From Candidatus Rifleibacteriota bacterium (GTDB lineage Bacteria; Muiribacteriota; Ozemobacteria; Ozemobacterales; Ozemobacteraceae): a DNA stretch of 37,524 nucleotides. The notes below the pieces were generated by a model. That model did no database searches, was not told the origin of the DNA, and saw only the letters and a program-made list of their open reading frames with translations. A program made the position numbers and the translations under genes. The first letter of the stretch is position 1, and each line of letters opens with the position of its first letter. Positions 24,977-34,754 of this stretch are shown piece by piece. The stretch spans positions 2,928 through 40,451 of the forward strand of contig JBNJGH010000022.1 of assembly GCA_051747585.1 (NCBI GenBank), written 5' to 3'.

Positions 24977-26926
24977 TTAGAAAGAAACTTTCTGATCAAC
25001 AACTGGAACAACGTCAACACCATTAACAGTTATATAACCTTCAGCAAATTCTGCTGGCATGGTAACAACTGCCTGGCCCTGGTTGTTGGTAGTAGAAACT
25101 TTTACGTTTTCAACGCCCTGAGTGTAAACAGTTACACGAGCATTTTCTACTGCATTGCCTTCTTCATCGGTAACGTTAACTTTAACGGTTACTGACTCTT
25201 CATTGCGAACTGAAGTAGATTCAGCGGCGAGTTTTACAGGAGCGCCAAAACGAGTCTGGAGCGTGCCATCACCGAAGATATGCCACTGTTCATACATCAT
25301 AACGCCTGAACCGCTTGAAGAAGTGCCATAGATTTCAAGGCCTTTGATAACACCGTTAGTGAAAATTCCACCTAAGGTATTATACATTTCTTTAGCGATA
25401 AAAACTTTATTGAATTCTTCCTGAACTTTGATCGGTGGTACCCATTCCATATTGGTGGTAGAACCACAATATCCAACTGCACCAGCGAAGTTATCTACAT
25501 TACCGGCGCGCATCCAGGCTTCGCCGAAGCAGGTGAAGTTAACGAATTTACCGTTAATACATGCAACGTCAAAGATGATAGGCATCATAAGACCGTTAGC
25601 CAGTTTGTTTACGTCTCTGATATGGTAACCAGTAGTTCCCCAGCTTACGCTTGAACCATGGCCAAGATAGTTAATCAAGCTGCAGCCTGCATTAACGATT
25701 TTTGCGATATCAGCTTTAGTTCCTGTTGGATCATAAACCTGACCAACTTTTTCGAACATTGCGTTCATAAGAGCGTCACGATTTTCATCCATATAAACTT
25801 TATCTGCAGGATTACCCTGTGCAGAAGCAATACCGAGACCATTGGCATACCATGCGGTATCAGAGGTAGGATACTGTTCATAGTTGATGAATTTAGCTAC
25901 CTGATAAGCAACCTGTTCTTTATTTTCGGCAGAAAGTCTGCTGATGATTGCATCTGGAACATGGTCATCGCCGGCAAGCTTAGTATAACAAGGATCAGAG
26001 TCAGCGCGTTCTTTAACACCTTTGTTGGTAGGAATCTGCTTAGCATCACCAATAAGCATGATATTAGTTAAGCCACCCTGGTTGTATTCATCCTGAATGA
26101 AAGCTTTAATATCGTCATTGGTAGAACCAATAGCGCTTAATGGAACTATTTTCACTTCGAGACCAATTTTCTTTTTCCACTGAACGAAAGGTTCCATGGC
26201 ATCCATGAAATCGTCATAGCAGATAATGAGAAGTTTACCAACTTCATTTACATGGTCGAGTCTGGTAGAAGCCTGATCATAGTTTACAAAAGCATTTTTG
26301 TAAATAGGTTCAAAAGTTTTGCTGATAGGCTTGATGCTTTTCATAACATTTTTTGAAGGCTGATTGTCAGCGCTTACAGAAACTCTGAGTTTGCGATGAA
26401 CTCTGAGTTTGTTCTGAACAGGATTATACTGAACAGGATTAACAACCAGATTTACACCACGAACTTCGCGGAAAATGAAAGGTTCGCCCATTGCTACCAG
26501 CTCATTGTCTGCCGGATACCAGGCGTCTTTAGTATAAGTTTCGCCATAGTTGAAAGGCACATCAGTTGGATCGATGTTACGAGTAAAATTACCTTTAGAA
26601 GGTGCTACTCTTGCATCGAGTTCAATAATTTCAGACTGAATGCTGGTGACCTGAAATACTGGCCTTCTGGAAGGATCAATCATTACCATTGCTGTATAGC
26701 GTGGCAAAGCAGGTGCGTCTTTTGTATAAGAAAGACTTGCATCCGGTGCAGTTACTGTAACTGCTTTAGATCCTAATACTTCGGTTTCGCCCAAATTAAC
26801 TTTGGAACAATCCATTTCCAATGTGGTTGAATAACCACGAGAATCACTTACGCTGATTCCAGCAGCAAAAACAGTGCTGGCAGTCAACAGACAACAAAGA
26901 ACTAATAAACTGGTATAATGCCTCAA
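24977..26926 (-). CDS. Gingipain-like cysteine peptidase, family C25 (signal peptide, propeptide, catalytic domain, short beta-rich tail)
   Basis: Propeptide APSKGN/PFIFREVRG/PVQYNPV; catalytic region LIGDA, SDPCY, NYLGHGS (His), DVACING (Cys), CFGEAWMR, IFGD; TTG start with AAGGAGG SD. Confidence 0.9.
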   Translation of the reverse strand: MRHYTSLLVLCCLLTASTVFAAGISVSDSRGYSTTLEMDCSKVNLGETEVLGSKAVTVTAPDASLSYTKDAPALPRYTAMVMIDPSRRPVFQVTSIQSEIIELDARVAPSKGNFTRNIDPTDVPFNYGETYTKDAWYPADNELVAMGEPFIFREVRGVNLVVNPVQYNPVQNKLRVHRKLRVSVSADNQPSKNVMKSIKPISKTFEPIYKNAFVNYDQASTRLDHVNEVGKLLIICYDDFMDAMEPFVQWKKKIGLEVKIVPLSAIGSTNDDIKAFIQDEYNQGGLTNIMLIGDAKQIPTNKGVKERADSDPCYTKLAGDDHVPDAIISRLSAENKEQVAYQVAKFINYEQYPTSDTAWYANGLGIASAQGNPADKVYMDENRDALMNAMFEKVGQVYDPTGTKADIAKIVNAGCSLINYLGHGSSVSWGTTGYHIRDVNKLANGLMMPIIFDVACINGKFVNFTCFGEAWMRAGNVDNFAGAVGYCGSTTNMEWVPPIKVQEEFNKVFIAKEMYNTLGGIFTNGVIKGLEIYGTSSSGSGVMMYEQWHIFGDGTLQTRFGAPVKLAAESTSVRNEESVTVKVNVTDEEGNAVENARVTVYTQGVENVKVSTTNNQGQAVVTMPAEFAEGYITVNGVDVVPVVDQKVSF

Positions 26927-26976
26927 GCTCTTTCCTCCTTTTAATTTGCTTATTGCTTAATAGGCTATTTGATGTA

Positions 26977-27005
26977 ATTATACGATTCTGTACAACAACC
27001 CGCAA
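26977..27005 (-). promoter_or_regulatory. Putative sigma70 promoter of the C25 gene
   Basis: TTGCGG-17-TATAAT on the minus strand. Confidence 0.6.
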
Positions 27006-27126
27006 GGGCAAATTATTTTTTTTTTTTTCATTCCCTGCAAATTATACTGGCAAAATGTTTGCGGGAATACCCTCTTGGTTGCTGTATTTGCTCGATATGG
27101 ATGATGCATATTTTATGCAACATAAA

Positions 27127-28353
27127 TTAATCTGCTCTTTTTTTTCTTCTGCGTCTTTTTTTTCTAGTGCTTATCGGGGGGTCTTGTTGAAGCAATGGAA
27201 TAAATCTGTCGCCTAACAATTCGACCTGCCAGTTATGCAGAATTTCGCTTTGCTTAAGTTCGCCCAGGGAATTTGGTCGGATTCGAGCCAGATCATAGAT
27301 CGTTTGCGACGGAGCCAGCAAAGATGCGGCAATCTTGAGTTTGTTAGCGATCTCATTACGCTGTTCCCGTAATGATTTTGCCAGCTCTCCTTCCCATGCG
27401 GTCAACTGGTTTCGCCTCTTTCTGGATTTCGTCGGTTTCTCGAGCCCGGTTAATGGTGCTTGAAGCCCTGCTCTAACTGCATTTTGCAATTCCGCGCCAT
27501 GACGATTCATAAATTCATGGTGAACTGATTTTATGACTGATAAACCTGAAATACTTCTAGGTTTTTGACGAGCAATTTCGAGCATGGCTTGATTGCTTAA
27601 AACCATAAATGGTGCCCGATCAATGCTTTCGGCAATTTTTTCCCTGAGCTGCCAGATTTCACGCAGAACAGCTAAAGATCGCAGTGGGAGTCTCGAAGAC
27701 CCCTTGATACGAAATGCAAAGATGTCGTCTTTTTTATTTTCGCGCGGCTTTCTGGAGTCACGAGCAATATACCAGCATTCTTCTTTTACCCAATCAAGCC
27801 TTTTTTTCTTTTTAAGATCTTTTAGCAGTCGATCATATATAGGAATAAGACAGATAGCGTCAAGAATAGCATAGCGCTTCATCGATGAAGTCAAAGGGCG
27901 ACGTGACCAATTGCAACGTTGCAGCTTCTTGTCAAGAGTAAAACCAAGAAATATATTTGCCAGCGCACTCAGGCCCAATTCTTTTATTCCAAGAAATTCA
28001 GCAGCCTTGCGGGTATCGAACATGTTGGGAATAAAGATGTCCAGTTCATTTGCCAACATTGAAATATCATAATCGCCACCGTGAAAAAGCCAGACCACAT
28101 CAGAATTATCACAGAACTTTTGAAAAGCGGAAAAATCTTCTATTTTCTGTGGATCTATGATGGCACAATGCTTTCTAGTAGCCATTTGAATAAGATTGAC
28201 CCGGGCATAATATTTATAAAACCCGGCAGATTCAATATCGACAGCGACAACATCAGTTGAGGAGATTTTTTCAAAAAAAGCTGCAAGCGCTTTGGAATCT
28301 TCAATAAGTTCTGTTGCTTCGACAAATGGATTTGGATCAAATTCTGAGTTCAT
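27127..28353 (-). CDS. rnd: Ribonuclease D (DEDDy exonuclease plus two HRDC domains)
   Basis: AVDIES, HGGDYD, FDTRKAA, NWSRRPL, YAILDA; HRDC-like WQLREKIAESIDRAPFMVLSN. Confidence 0.88.
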   Translation of the reverse strand: MNSEFDPNPFVEATELIEDSKALAAFFEKISSTDVVAVDIESAGFYKYYARVNLIQMATRKHCAIIDPQKIEDFSAFQKFCDNSDVVWLFHGGDYDISMLANELDIFIPNMFDTRKAAEFLGIKELGLSALANIFLGFTLDKKLQRCNWSRRPLTSSMKRYAILDAICLIPIYDRLLKDLKKKKRLDWVKEECWYIARDSRKPRENKKDDIFAFRIKGSSRLPLRSLAVLREIWQLREKIAESIDRAPFMVLSNQAMLEIARQKPRSISGLSVIKSVHHEFMNRHGAELQNAVRAGLQAPLTGLEKPTKSRKRRNQLTAWEGELAKSLREQRNEIANKLKIAASLLAPSQTIYDLARIRPNSLGELKQSEILHNWQVELLGDRFIPLLQQDPPISTRKKRRRRKKRAD

Positions 28354-28453
28354 CTAAAACCTGTGACTAAAATAATTTCTACCTTTAATTAACATATTTA
28401 CCACCGAAAAAGCATCTTTTTTTGTCAGCCCTTTCAAATAAATCAATTTCAGA

Positions 28454-31339
28454 CTATTTATGAGTAAGTATGTATCTACCATCCCAGTTTTCGGGTGGTG
28501 GGTTCAGTTTATATTCCCGGCATCGTTTTATATAGGTTTCACTTGGTCCATCATCGGGCCACCTGGCCAGCAATTCCTCAAACGTCTGAATTGCTTCATC
28601 CCACTTTCTTTCAAGATGCAGTTTTATTCCCTTATCGTAAAGCTCTACCAGCTGAAACCATTCCGGTGGCTCGTTTCCTTTTTCGCTTACAAGCTGGTAC
28701 ACTTTAACCGGTTCTTTTTTGCCTTTAACCGTAAGGAAATCAAGAAAGCGAACTGTAATAACGTCTTTGGCTTTTAAATAAGTCGCCTCACTTACCATCA
28801 ACAGTGTGCCATATTCTTTGTTTGCGCCCTCGAGCCTGGCAGCGAGATTTACACCATCACCCATACAGGTAAAGTTCATTTGCGCCTTGATTGAACCCAT
28901 ATAACCCACAACAACGTCTGCACTGTTTAAACCTGCTCGGGCCGCCACTCTTGGTAAACCACGCTTTGCCCAATCAAGCTGCAACTCTTCGATTTTTCTT
29001 TGCATTGCTAAAGCACAAAGACAAGCTCGAGCTGCATGATCAGACTGTTCTTTCGGATAGTTCCAGAAAGCCATTACCGCATCGCCTATGAATTTATCGA
29101 GTGTGCCACCATATTCAAATATAAGATCGGTCATGGCGCCGAGGTATTCATTGAGCAGCACAACCAGGTCTTCAGGGCTTAGGGCCTCTGAAATAGAAGT
29201 GAATCCCGCAATGTCAGAAAAGAAAATAGAAAGCTCGACCTTTTGTCCGCCTGGTTTAACCAGCTCAGGATTTTCAAGCATATACTGCACAACATCTTTA
29301 GAAACAAATCTGGAAAACATGTTTTTGGTTTTCTGAGCTCTGGCACGCTGGCGAAGATAATTGGTAACAGTTGCAGAGCACCAGATGGCCGGGTAACTTA
29401 TAAGCATCGAAGAAAAATGAAAAACCTGACCCAGCTGATGGTATGAATATGAAGCAAACCATGTAATGCCGCCGGCAAAAACCACCGTTAACAAAGCACC
29501 CGGCAAAGGTGCCATAAAATCAAGAAGAATTCCCAGCAGCAAGGTTGAAAAAACAAGAATTATAATTATCTGCCAATAATTAGGATGCTTGAGATAATCC
29601 TGATTGAGAATATTCGATACCGCGTTGGCATGAATTTCAACTCCCATCAGCGGCTCATTCTGAACGGTATAAGGTGTTCGCATGCTCATAGGAGTCGGAT
29701 AAAAGTCGAAATCGCTCATCTCGAAAGGCCCGATCATACAAATTTTCCTGCCCTTGTTTGAACCATACTGCAAAGTTTTATCGTTGGCATTTTTAAGTTT
29801 TCGGGCTTTTTCGGGCTTAACCTGCTGTATATATTTTTCCAGCAGCTCTTTTGAAAAACATTCGTAAAATGAAACTGACCGAAAAGCTGCCTTTCTGAAA
29901 CGATTCTTTCTAGTTGAGCCATAAAATTTTAGATACATTCTACCGTGACTGTTAACGGGAATAATCTGATCGAGAATACGAAATGGGCCCTTAAAAGTTC
30001 CCGAAGCAACGGAAGGATAAATTTTATCAAGCTGACGGTACATTGCCTCAACATAACTGTTCTGCTTTTTACCATCTTTTTTTTCGGCGTCTTTAGCCAA
30101 CATTGCAGTTAGCAAGCTGAAAGATGGAATAAGCTTTTTTCTGGCAGGAACTATACTGAAAAGCGGCACCTCGGTAACATAGCCTTTATTGCCGATAGCC
30201 ATATTGATCATTCCGACCTTTGCCTTGCCCCGCAAGAATTTTTCGGAGGGCAAAATATATCTGGTTAACAACTTATTTTTGGTGAAATGACCCAGCATTT
30301 GTTGTCCTTTAGCCAGCTGATATTTGTCATCATCGATGCTGTATTCTTCTTCGGTTTTGGTGTGGGCAGCCAGAACAATCTGGGATTCGGAACGAGCGAT
30401 TGTCTTCGCCAGTTTTTCATCGTTCTGCACGTCTTTACTGCCCTGTAAAATAAAGTCAAAAGCAATAACAGAAGCAGGCTCAACATAGTATTCTGGAGGA
30501 AGGCCCTCTAACTCGGCTACAAGATCTATTTGCAGAAGCAATTTGGCAGCCGAATTCATAGATTTAGGAAAAAGTCGTACATCAACCGAAAGATGCGAAC
30601 TCAATATATTCATAAACAAGCGCTGCCACCGTTTCATTAGCTTTTGCGCTTTTTCTCTGTTTTTAAGCTCAAATTCTTCTTTTTCTTGCACGGAAAGAGG
30701 TTTAGCCGGCTTTGTCCTCTTTATATCAATATAGCCCAACTCATCATCTTTTATATTCAGACCAAGAGTCGTATAAACCAGATCGCCGGATACTCCGGTC
30801 AGGGTCGAAAGTAAGCTGGCCGATATAGGAGTGAAAAGACGAGATTCAAAACTGAATAAACTTGTCTGACCACCTTCTTTATAAAGTCTGGTCGCAATTT
30901 TTCTGGTAACTCCCTGCAGATCAAGCATGCTGTTACGTATTACAGGCAATTTAAGCTCTTTAATTAGACCGATTTTCATTGTAATAAAAGAAAAAGATCT
31001 GGGCCTTACATTTTCTCTTTTAATTGTCTGCCCCTTTCCAAGTAATGAAAATATTGATTCGAACTCTTCACGCCCTGGATTCTGCCCGATAAGCTCTGAG
31101 GTAGCCTGATCTTTTTTGATCACCAGTATCTTGTGCTCAAGCTTAGGCTCATCGTAGCTATATTGAAAGATTGCCGCACTTAAATAATCATCAATACCTG
31201 ATAAAAATCCACTACCCATAAGGATCAGCGAAACAATCAGACAGATTATTGCAAATAAAAGCCCTGTTCTTCCACTTTCATGTTGAGATTTTTTTCCTTT
31301 GACGCCTTTCAGCCAATCCCAGATTTTTTTAATTTTCAC
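28454..31339 (-). CDS. CHASE2-domain class III adenylate cyclase with C-terminal TPR-like tail
   Basis: TM, CHASE2 (VIAFDF, GVEIHANAV), 3 TM, FSRFVS, FSDIAGFT, DKFIGDAVMAFW, FTCMGDGVNLAARLEG, VKGK; K/T residues indicate ATP specificity. Confidence 0.92.
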   Translation of the reverse strand: MKIKKIWDWLKGVKGKKSQHESGRTGLLFAIICLIVSLILMGSGFLSGIDDYLSAAIFQYSYDEPKLEHKILVIKKDQATSELIGQNPGREEFESIFSLLGKGQTIKRENVRPRSFSFITMKIGLIKELKLPVIRNSMLDLQGVTRKIATRLYKEGGQTSLFSFESRLFTPISASLLSTLTGVSGDLVYTTLGLNIKDDELGYIDIKRTKPAKPLSVQEKEEFELKNREKAQKLMKRWQRLFMNILSSHLSVDVRLFPKSMNSAAKLLLQIDLVAELEGLPPEYYVEPASVIAFDFILQGSKDVQNDEKLAKTIARSESQIVLAAHTKTEEEYSIDDDKYQLAKGQQMLGHFTKNKLLTRYILPSEKFLRGKAKVGMINMAIGNKGYVTEVPLFSIVPARKKLIPSFSLLTAMLAKDAEKKDGKKQNSYVEAMYRQLDKIYPSVASGTFKGPFRILDQIIPVNSHGRMYLKFYGSTRKNRFRKAAFRSVSFYECFSKELLEKYIQQVKPEKARKLKNANDKTLQYGSNKGRKICMIGPFEMSDFDFYPTPMSMRTPYTVQNEPLMGVEIHANAVSNILNQDYLKHPNYWQIIIILVFSTLLLGILLDFMAPLPGALLTVVFAGGITWFASYSYHQLGQVFHFSSMLISYPAIWCSATVTNYLRQRARAQKTKNMFSRFVSKDVVQYMLENPELVKPGGQKVELSIFFSDIAGFTSISEALSPEDLVVLLNEYLGAMTDLIFEYGGTLDKFIGDAVMAFWNYPKEQSDHAARACLCALAMQRKIEELQLDWAKRGLPRVAARAGLNSADVVVGYMGSIKAQMNFTCMGDGVNLAARLEGANKEYGTLLMVSEATYLKAKDVITVRFLDFLTVKGKKEPVKVYQLVSEKGNEPPEWFQLVELYDKGIKLHLERKWDEAIQTFEELLARWPDDGPSETYIKRCREYKLNPPPENWDGRYILTHK

Positions 31340-32959
31340 CTATATCCCTCGCACCTTGCCGCTGCCATAAACTCTATAATCCATTTGAGGAAAAATGTTA
31401 TCGCGTCTCTCTACTTCTGCAAGCCACTCTTCGTTGATATTGTCGGTCTTAATTGTTTCATAAAGCTTGTTAAACCTGAAAGTATGATCTTTAATGCGCT
31501 TGCGGGCATACTCAACCGTGGTATTTGTTTTTAAAATGAAAGCCCAGTCAGAAGACTGCAAAAGCATGAGCTCTCGCGCCGCCTGGTTTAAAGCCCGTTT
31601 AAGAAGACCATCTGCATTTACAAATCTGTTACTTAGCTCGATCATTCTTTTGGCAGCAGTATGCTGATGTGGATAAATCCAGTCATTGGATTTATCGAGC
31701 CAGTATTCATTGTAGCCTTTATGCCCCCAAGAAGACATTGAAGGGGTAGCATGCTGATTTTCAGGGTATTGTTCAAGATAGTCAGAAGGCGTAGCCAAAG
31801 TTATTTCAGACTTATTTCCGCCGGCTTTTTTTAGAACCCGATAAATAAATTCAGGCCCCTCATACCACCAATGACCAAAAAGCTCAGCATCATAGGGAGC
31901 AACAACTACAGGCCTTCTTTTGATTATTCCGCCAAGATGTCTTATCTGCTTTTCACGGCTTTCAATGAAGTGGGTGGCGTGTTCTTCGACTTTTTCCATG
32001 GCACGTTTATAATCATAAAATTGTTTTTTCTCGTCTTTTCTGGAAGTGATGCGATGATATTTTATTCCTGTATTCAGTCTTATCCCTGTTTCATGCATAT
32101 AAGGGGCAAGATAATCAAGATCTAGATCAAAGCCTATATCGCGGTAAAATTCCCGGTAATAAAAATCTCCCGGATAACCTTCGTGTGCAGACCATACCTG
32201 GCGGCTACTTTCAACATCACGCCCGAAGGCAACAACCCCAGAAGAACATTCAACAGGAGCATAGACTCCATACCAGGGTCTTGGGTTGGCATAAAGAATT
32301 CCATGGGTGTCTACAAAGAAATATTTAATACCATGTTTCTTAAGGAACTTATCGACACCAGGTTGATAGGCGCATTCTGCCAACCATATTCCTCTGGGGT
32401 CTTGATCAAATTTTTCGCGATAATCAATAACCGCCATTTCAATTTGGGCGTTAACAGCCTCAGGCTGATTCATCATTAAAGGAAGATAACCATGGGTAGC
32501 ACAACAGGTAACTATTTCGAGCACTCCCGCACGCTGAAAAAAAGCAAAAGCGGCAACAAGGTCTCTTTGCCATTCTTCGTAAGTTTCAAGGGTTTCACAA
32601 AACTTTTTATAATAATGCTTTGCATTTGCTTGAAGCTCTGGCATCAGTCGAGTTCGATCGATTTCTTTTTCGGTAAGACTGATAAGATTTTGCAGGTAAA
32701 GCAAAAACCTGTCTGACAAAAGTTTGTCTTGCAGCATATTTGCCAGCGGCGGTGTTACCGACATGGTTATGCGAAATTTTACTTTTTCTTGAAGTAATCT
32801 TGTAAAAACACGAATTAAAGGAATATAGGTTTCAATAATGGCCTCGAACAGCCACCGTTCTTCCATCATGTCTTCGTGCTCAGGATGCCTGACAAAAGGC
32901 AGGTGGGCATGCAGAACGAGGCTTAAAAAGCCCTTATCGAGAGATTTATTTTCCTTCAT
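31340..32959 (-). CDS. GH57 1,4-alpha-glucan branching enzyme (with DUF1957)
   Basis: LVLHAHLPFV, THGYLP, GIWLAECAY (nucleophile Glu), PYDAELFGHWWYEG (acid/base Asp), LQSSDWAF; start 32959 or 32971. Confidence 0.93.
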   Translation of the reverse strand: MKENKSLDKGFLSLVLHAHLPFVRHPEHEDMMEERWLFEAIIETYIPLIRVFTRLLQEKVKFRITMSVTPPLANMLQDKLLSDRFLLYLQNLISLTEKEIDRTRLMPELQANAKHYYKKFCETLETYEEWQRDLVAAFAFFQRAGVLEIVTCCATHGYLPLMMNQPEAVNAQIEMAVIDYREKFDQDPRGIWLAECAYQPGVDKFLKKHGIKYFFVDTHGILYANPRPWYGVYAPVECSSGVVAFGRDVESSRQVWSAHEGYPGDFYYREFYRDIGFDLDLDYLAPYMHETGIRLNTGIKYHRITSRKDEKKQFYDYKRAMEKVEEHATHFIESREKQIRHLGGIIKRRPVVVAPYDAELFGHWWYEGPEFIYRVLKKAGGNKSEITLATPSDYLEQYPENQHATPSMSSWGHKGYNEYWLDKSNDWIYPHQHTAAKRMIELSNRFVNADGLLKRALNQAARELMLLQSSDWAFILKTNTTVEYARKRIKDHTFRFNKLYETIKTDNINEEWLAEVERRDNIFPQMDYRVYGSGKVRGI

Positions 32960-34553
32960 CGATAACTTCAAAAGTCATGGAAGCTCGAAACCTCTTTTTA
33001 AGCCCGGTTTTTGGATCAAAAGCCTCAAGTTCCAAAGGCTTTTGCTGATTCCAGGGTAAAGCGAGCCGCAATGAAAACTCACCATTTTCGTTGTAGTCGA
33101 GGTGTTCTTTGTTAAATGTCAGCTCAGCTGTGGTCTGAACTTTTCCAAAAAGTATCATCTCGGCATCTGCTTGAAGAAAAAGGCTCGGTTCATTGGCATT
33201 TTTATAAAAATCCATATCTTCGGGAGAAGAAAAGTCAGAAGAAACGCTCCTCTCGGGAGCAGCCAACTCAGGCGAAGAAGGGACTCCCCTTGCTTCTACA
33301 GAAGATGGTGGGAAATTCAGCTCTTCCGGTTTTTCTTCGATGTTCTGCTCAGGATTATCGATCAGACCGGCACCAGATTCAATTTTTCTACCTTCGACAG
33401 ATTCAGGTTGAGCCGAACCCTGATTTAGGACATACGTCGGGTCATTGATTTCTTTAAGCTCTTCAACCTCTTTAAACTCATCGAAGCAATCATTCACAGG
33501 TAATTGCACCATACTCGGCGCTACGGTTGGTCTTTCATGACCGGCAATGCGATCCTGGTCATCTAGACACTTCTTTGCCGGGTCACGGTCAGCGGGGAAA
33601 GCCCATACACTGGCAACGGTATCTGGAGGAGTCTGCACCAGATTAGACAGGGCAACAAAGCAATAACCTTCGGTTGGGCAGGAGAGTCCCAGCTCTACCT
33701 GATAAACCGTATCAGACTTTTCAAGATAAAAATAATGGCTCCTGGCATGCTCTGAAATATCAAATTCTCTGGTAAAGCCATCACTTACATTGTGAAGTTT
33801 TAAAACGAAATGCGAATGGGCAAATTCAAAAATACCCACATCCTGCTCAAGTTTTCTATATTCTGAGCGCGGAATTTGCCAGTAGGCATGAGCCCAATGT
33901 GGATCACGTATCTGAACTACAATTTTAGTTTCGCCATAATCTGCGGGCAAATCGCCGGTAAAATCATTCTCACTCAAAGGTTTGGCAGATTCAGGCTCAG
34001 GCGCTGAGAAAACAGGAATCTCCATGGTAGTTTTAAGTGATGAATGCCTTTTTGAACGTTCCTGCTCAATTTGCTGCGCTTTTTTGGAAGAAGATTTACT
34101 TTTTTCGTTAACCGACAAATTCAATGGGATGGCAACAGGCTTTACCTGCGCACCTTTTTTACGGGGAAATTCCTTTTCAGATTTTGCAAAAGACCTGTCC
34201 AGAATTTTTCTGGCTGGACTTTTTTCTGATTTTTCATTTTTACTTTCACGACTGGAAACAATTTGTTTTTTACTGTCTTTTTTGTCTTTTTTTTCAGAGT
34301 TTGAAGTTTTGCTTTTATTTTTCTGTTTTGTTTCAGATTTTATTTTGTCAGAAGCTTTTTTCGCTGAAAGTTTTGTTTTGGAACCCGATGCAGAATTTTT
34401 ATTATTTTCGGTCTCTGCATATTTTGACAATTCTTTTATAAGTTGAGCTTTATTAAGCTTTGACCTGCCTTTAATTTTACATTCCTGTGCTAACTGATAA
34501 AGCTCAGTTTTCTTTAAAGCTTGTAATTGTTCCAGACTAAACTTCTTATTCAT
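32946..34553 (-). CDS. DUF4912 protein with N-terminal Rho_N-like domain
   Basis: LKKTELYQLAQECKIKGRSKLNKAQLI; LPADYGETKIVVQIRDPHWAHAYWQI; YQVELG...SNLVQTP; typical neighbour of GH57 genes. Confidence 0.88.
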   Translation of the reverse strand: MNKKFSLEQLQALKKTELYQLAQECKIKGRSKLNKAQLIKELSKYAETENNKNSASGSKTKLSAKKASDKIKSETKQKNKSKTSNSEKKDKKDSKKQIVSSRESKNEKSEKSPARKILDRSFAKSEKEFPRKKGAQVKPVAIPLNLSVNEKSKSSSKKAQQIEQERSKRHSSLKTTMEIPVFSAPEPESAKPLSENDFTGDLPADYGETKIVVQIRDPHWAHAYWQIPRSEYRKLEQDVGIFEFAHSHFVLKLHNVSDGFTREFDISEHARSHYFYLEKSDTVYQVELGLSCPTEGYCFVALSNLVQTPPDTVASVWAFPADRDPAKKCLDDQDRIAGHERPTVAPSMVQLPVNDCFDEFKEVEELKEINDPTYVLNQGSAQPESVEGRKIESGAGLIDNPEQNIEEKPEELNFPPSSVEARGVPSSPELAAPERSVSSDFSSPEDMDFYKNANEPSLFLQADAEMILFGKVQTTAELTFNKEHLDYNENGEFSLRLALPWNQQKPLELEAFDPKTGLKKRFRASMTFEVIDEGK

Positions 34554-34754
34554 AGCAATCCACCCCAAAACGACAAAATCAGTTTAACTGTAAGAAGACA
34601 TTGTAACAGAAAAAACTATTTTTATCGACGTTAATTCTCATCGAGAAAATTATCGATAAGAGCCGGCAAAAAAACGAGAAAAAAATAGTAATGAAGAGCC
34701 ATAAACAAACCAAACACATAACCAAAAATCTGAAAAAACATTTAAAAGCTCCTC

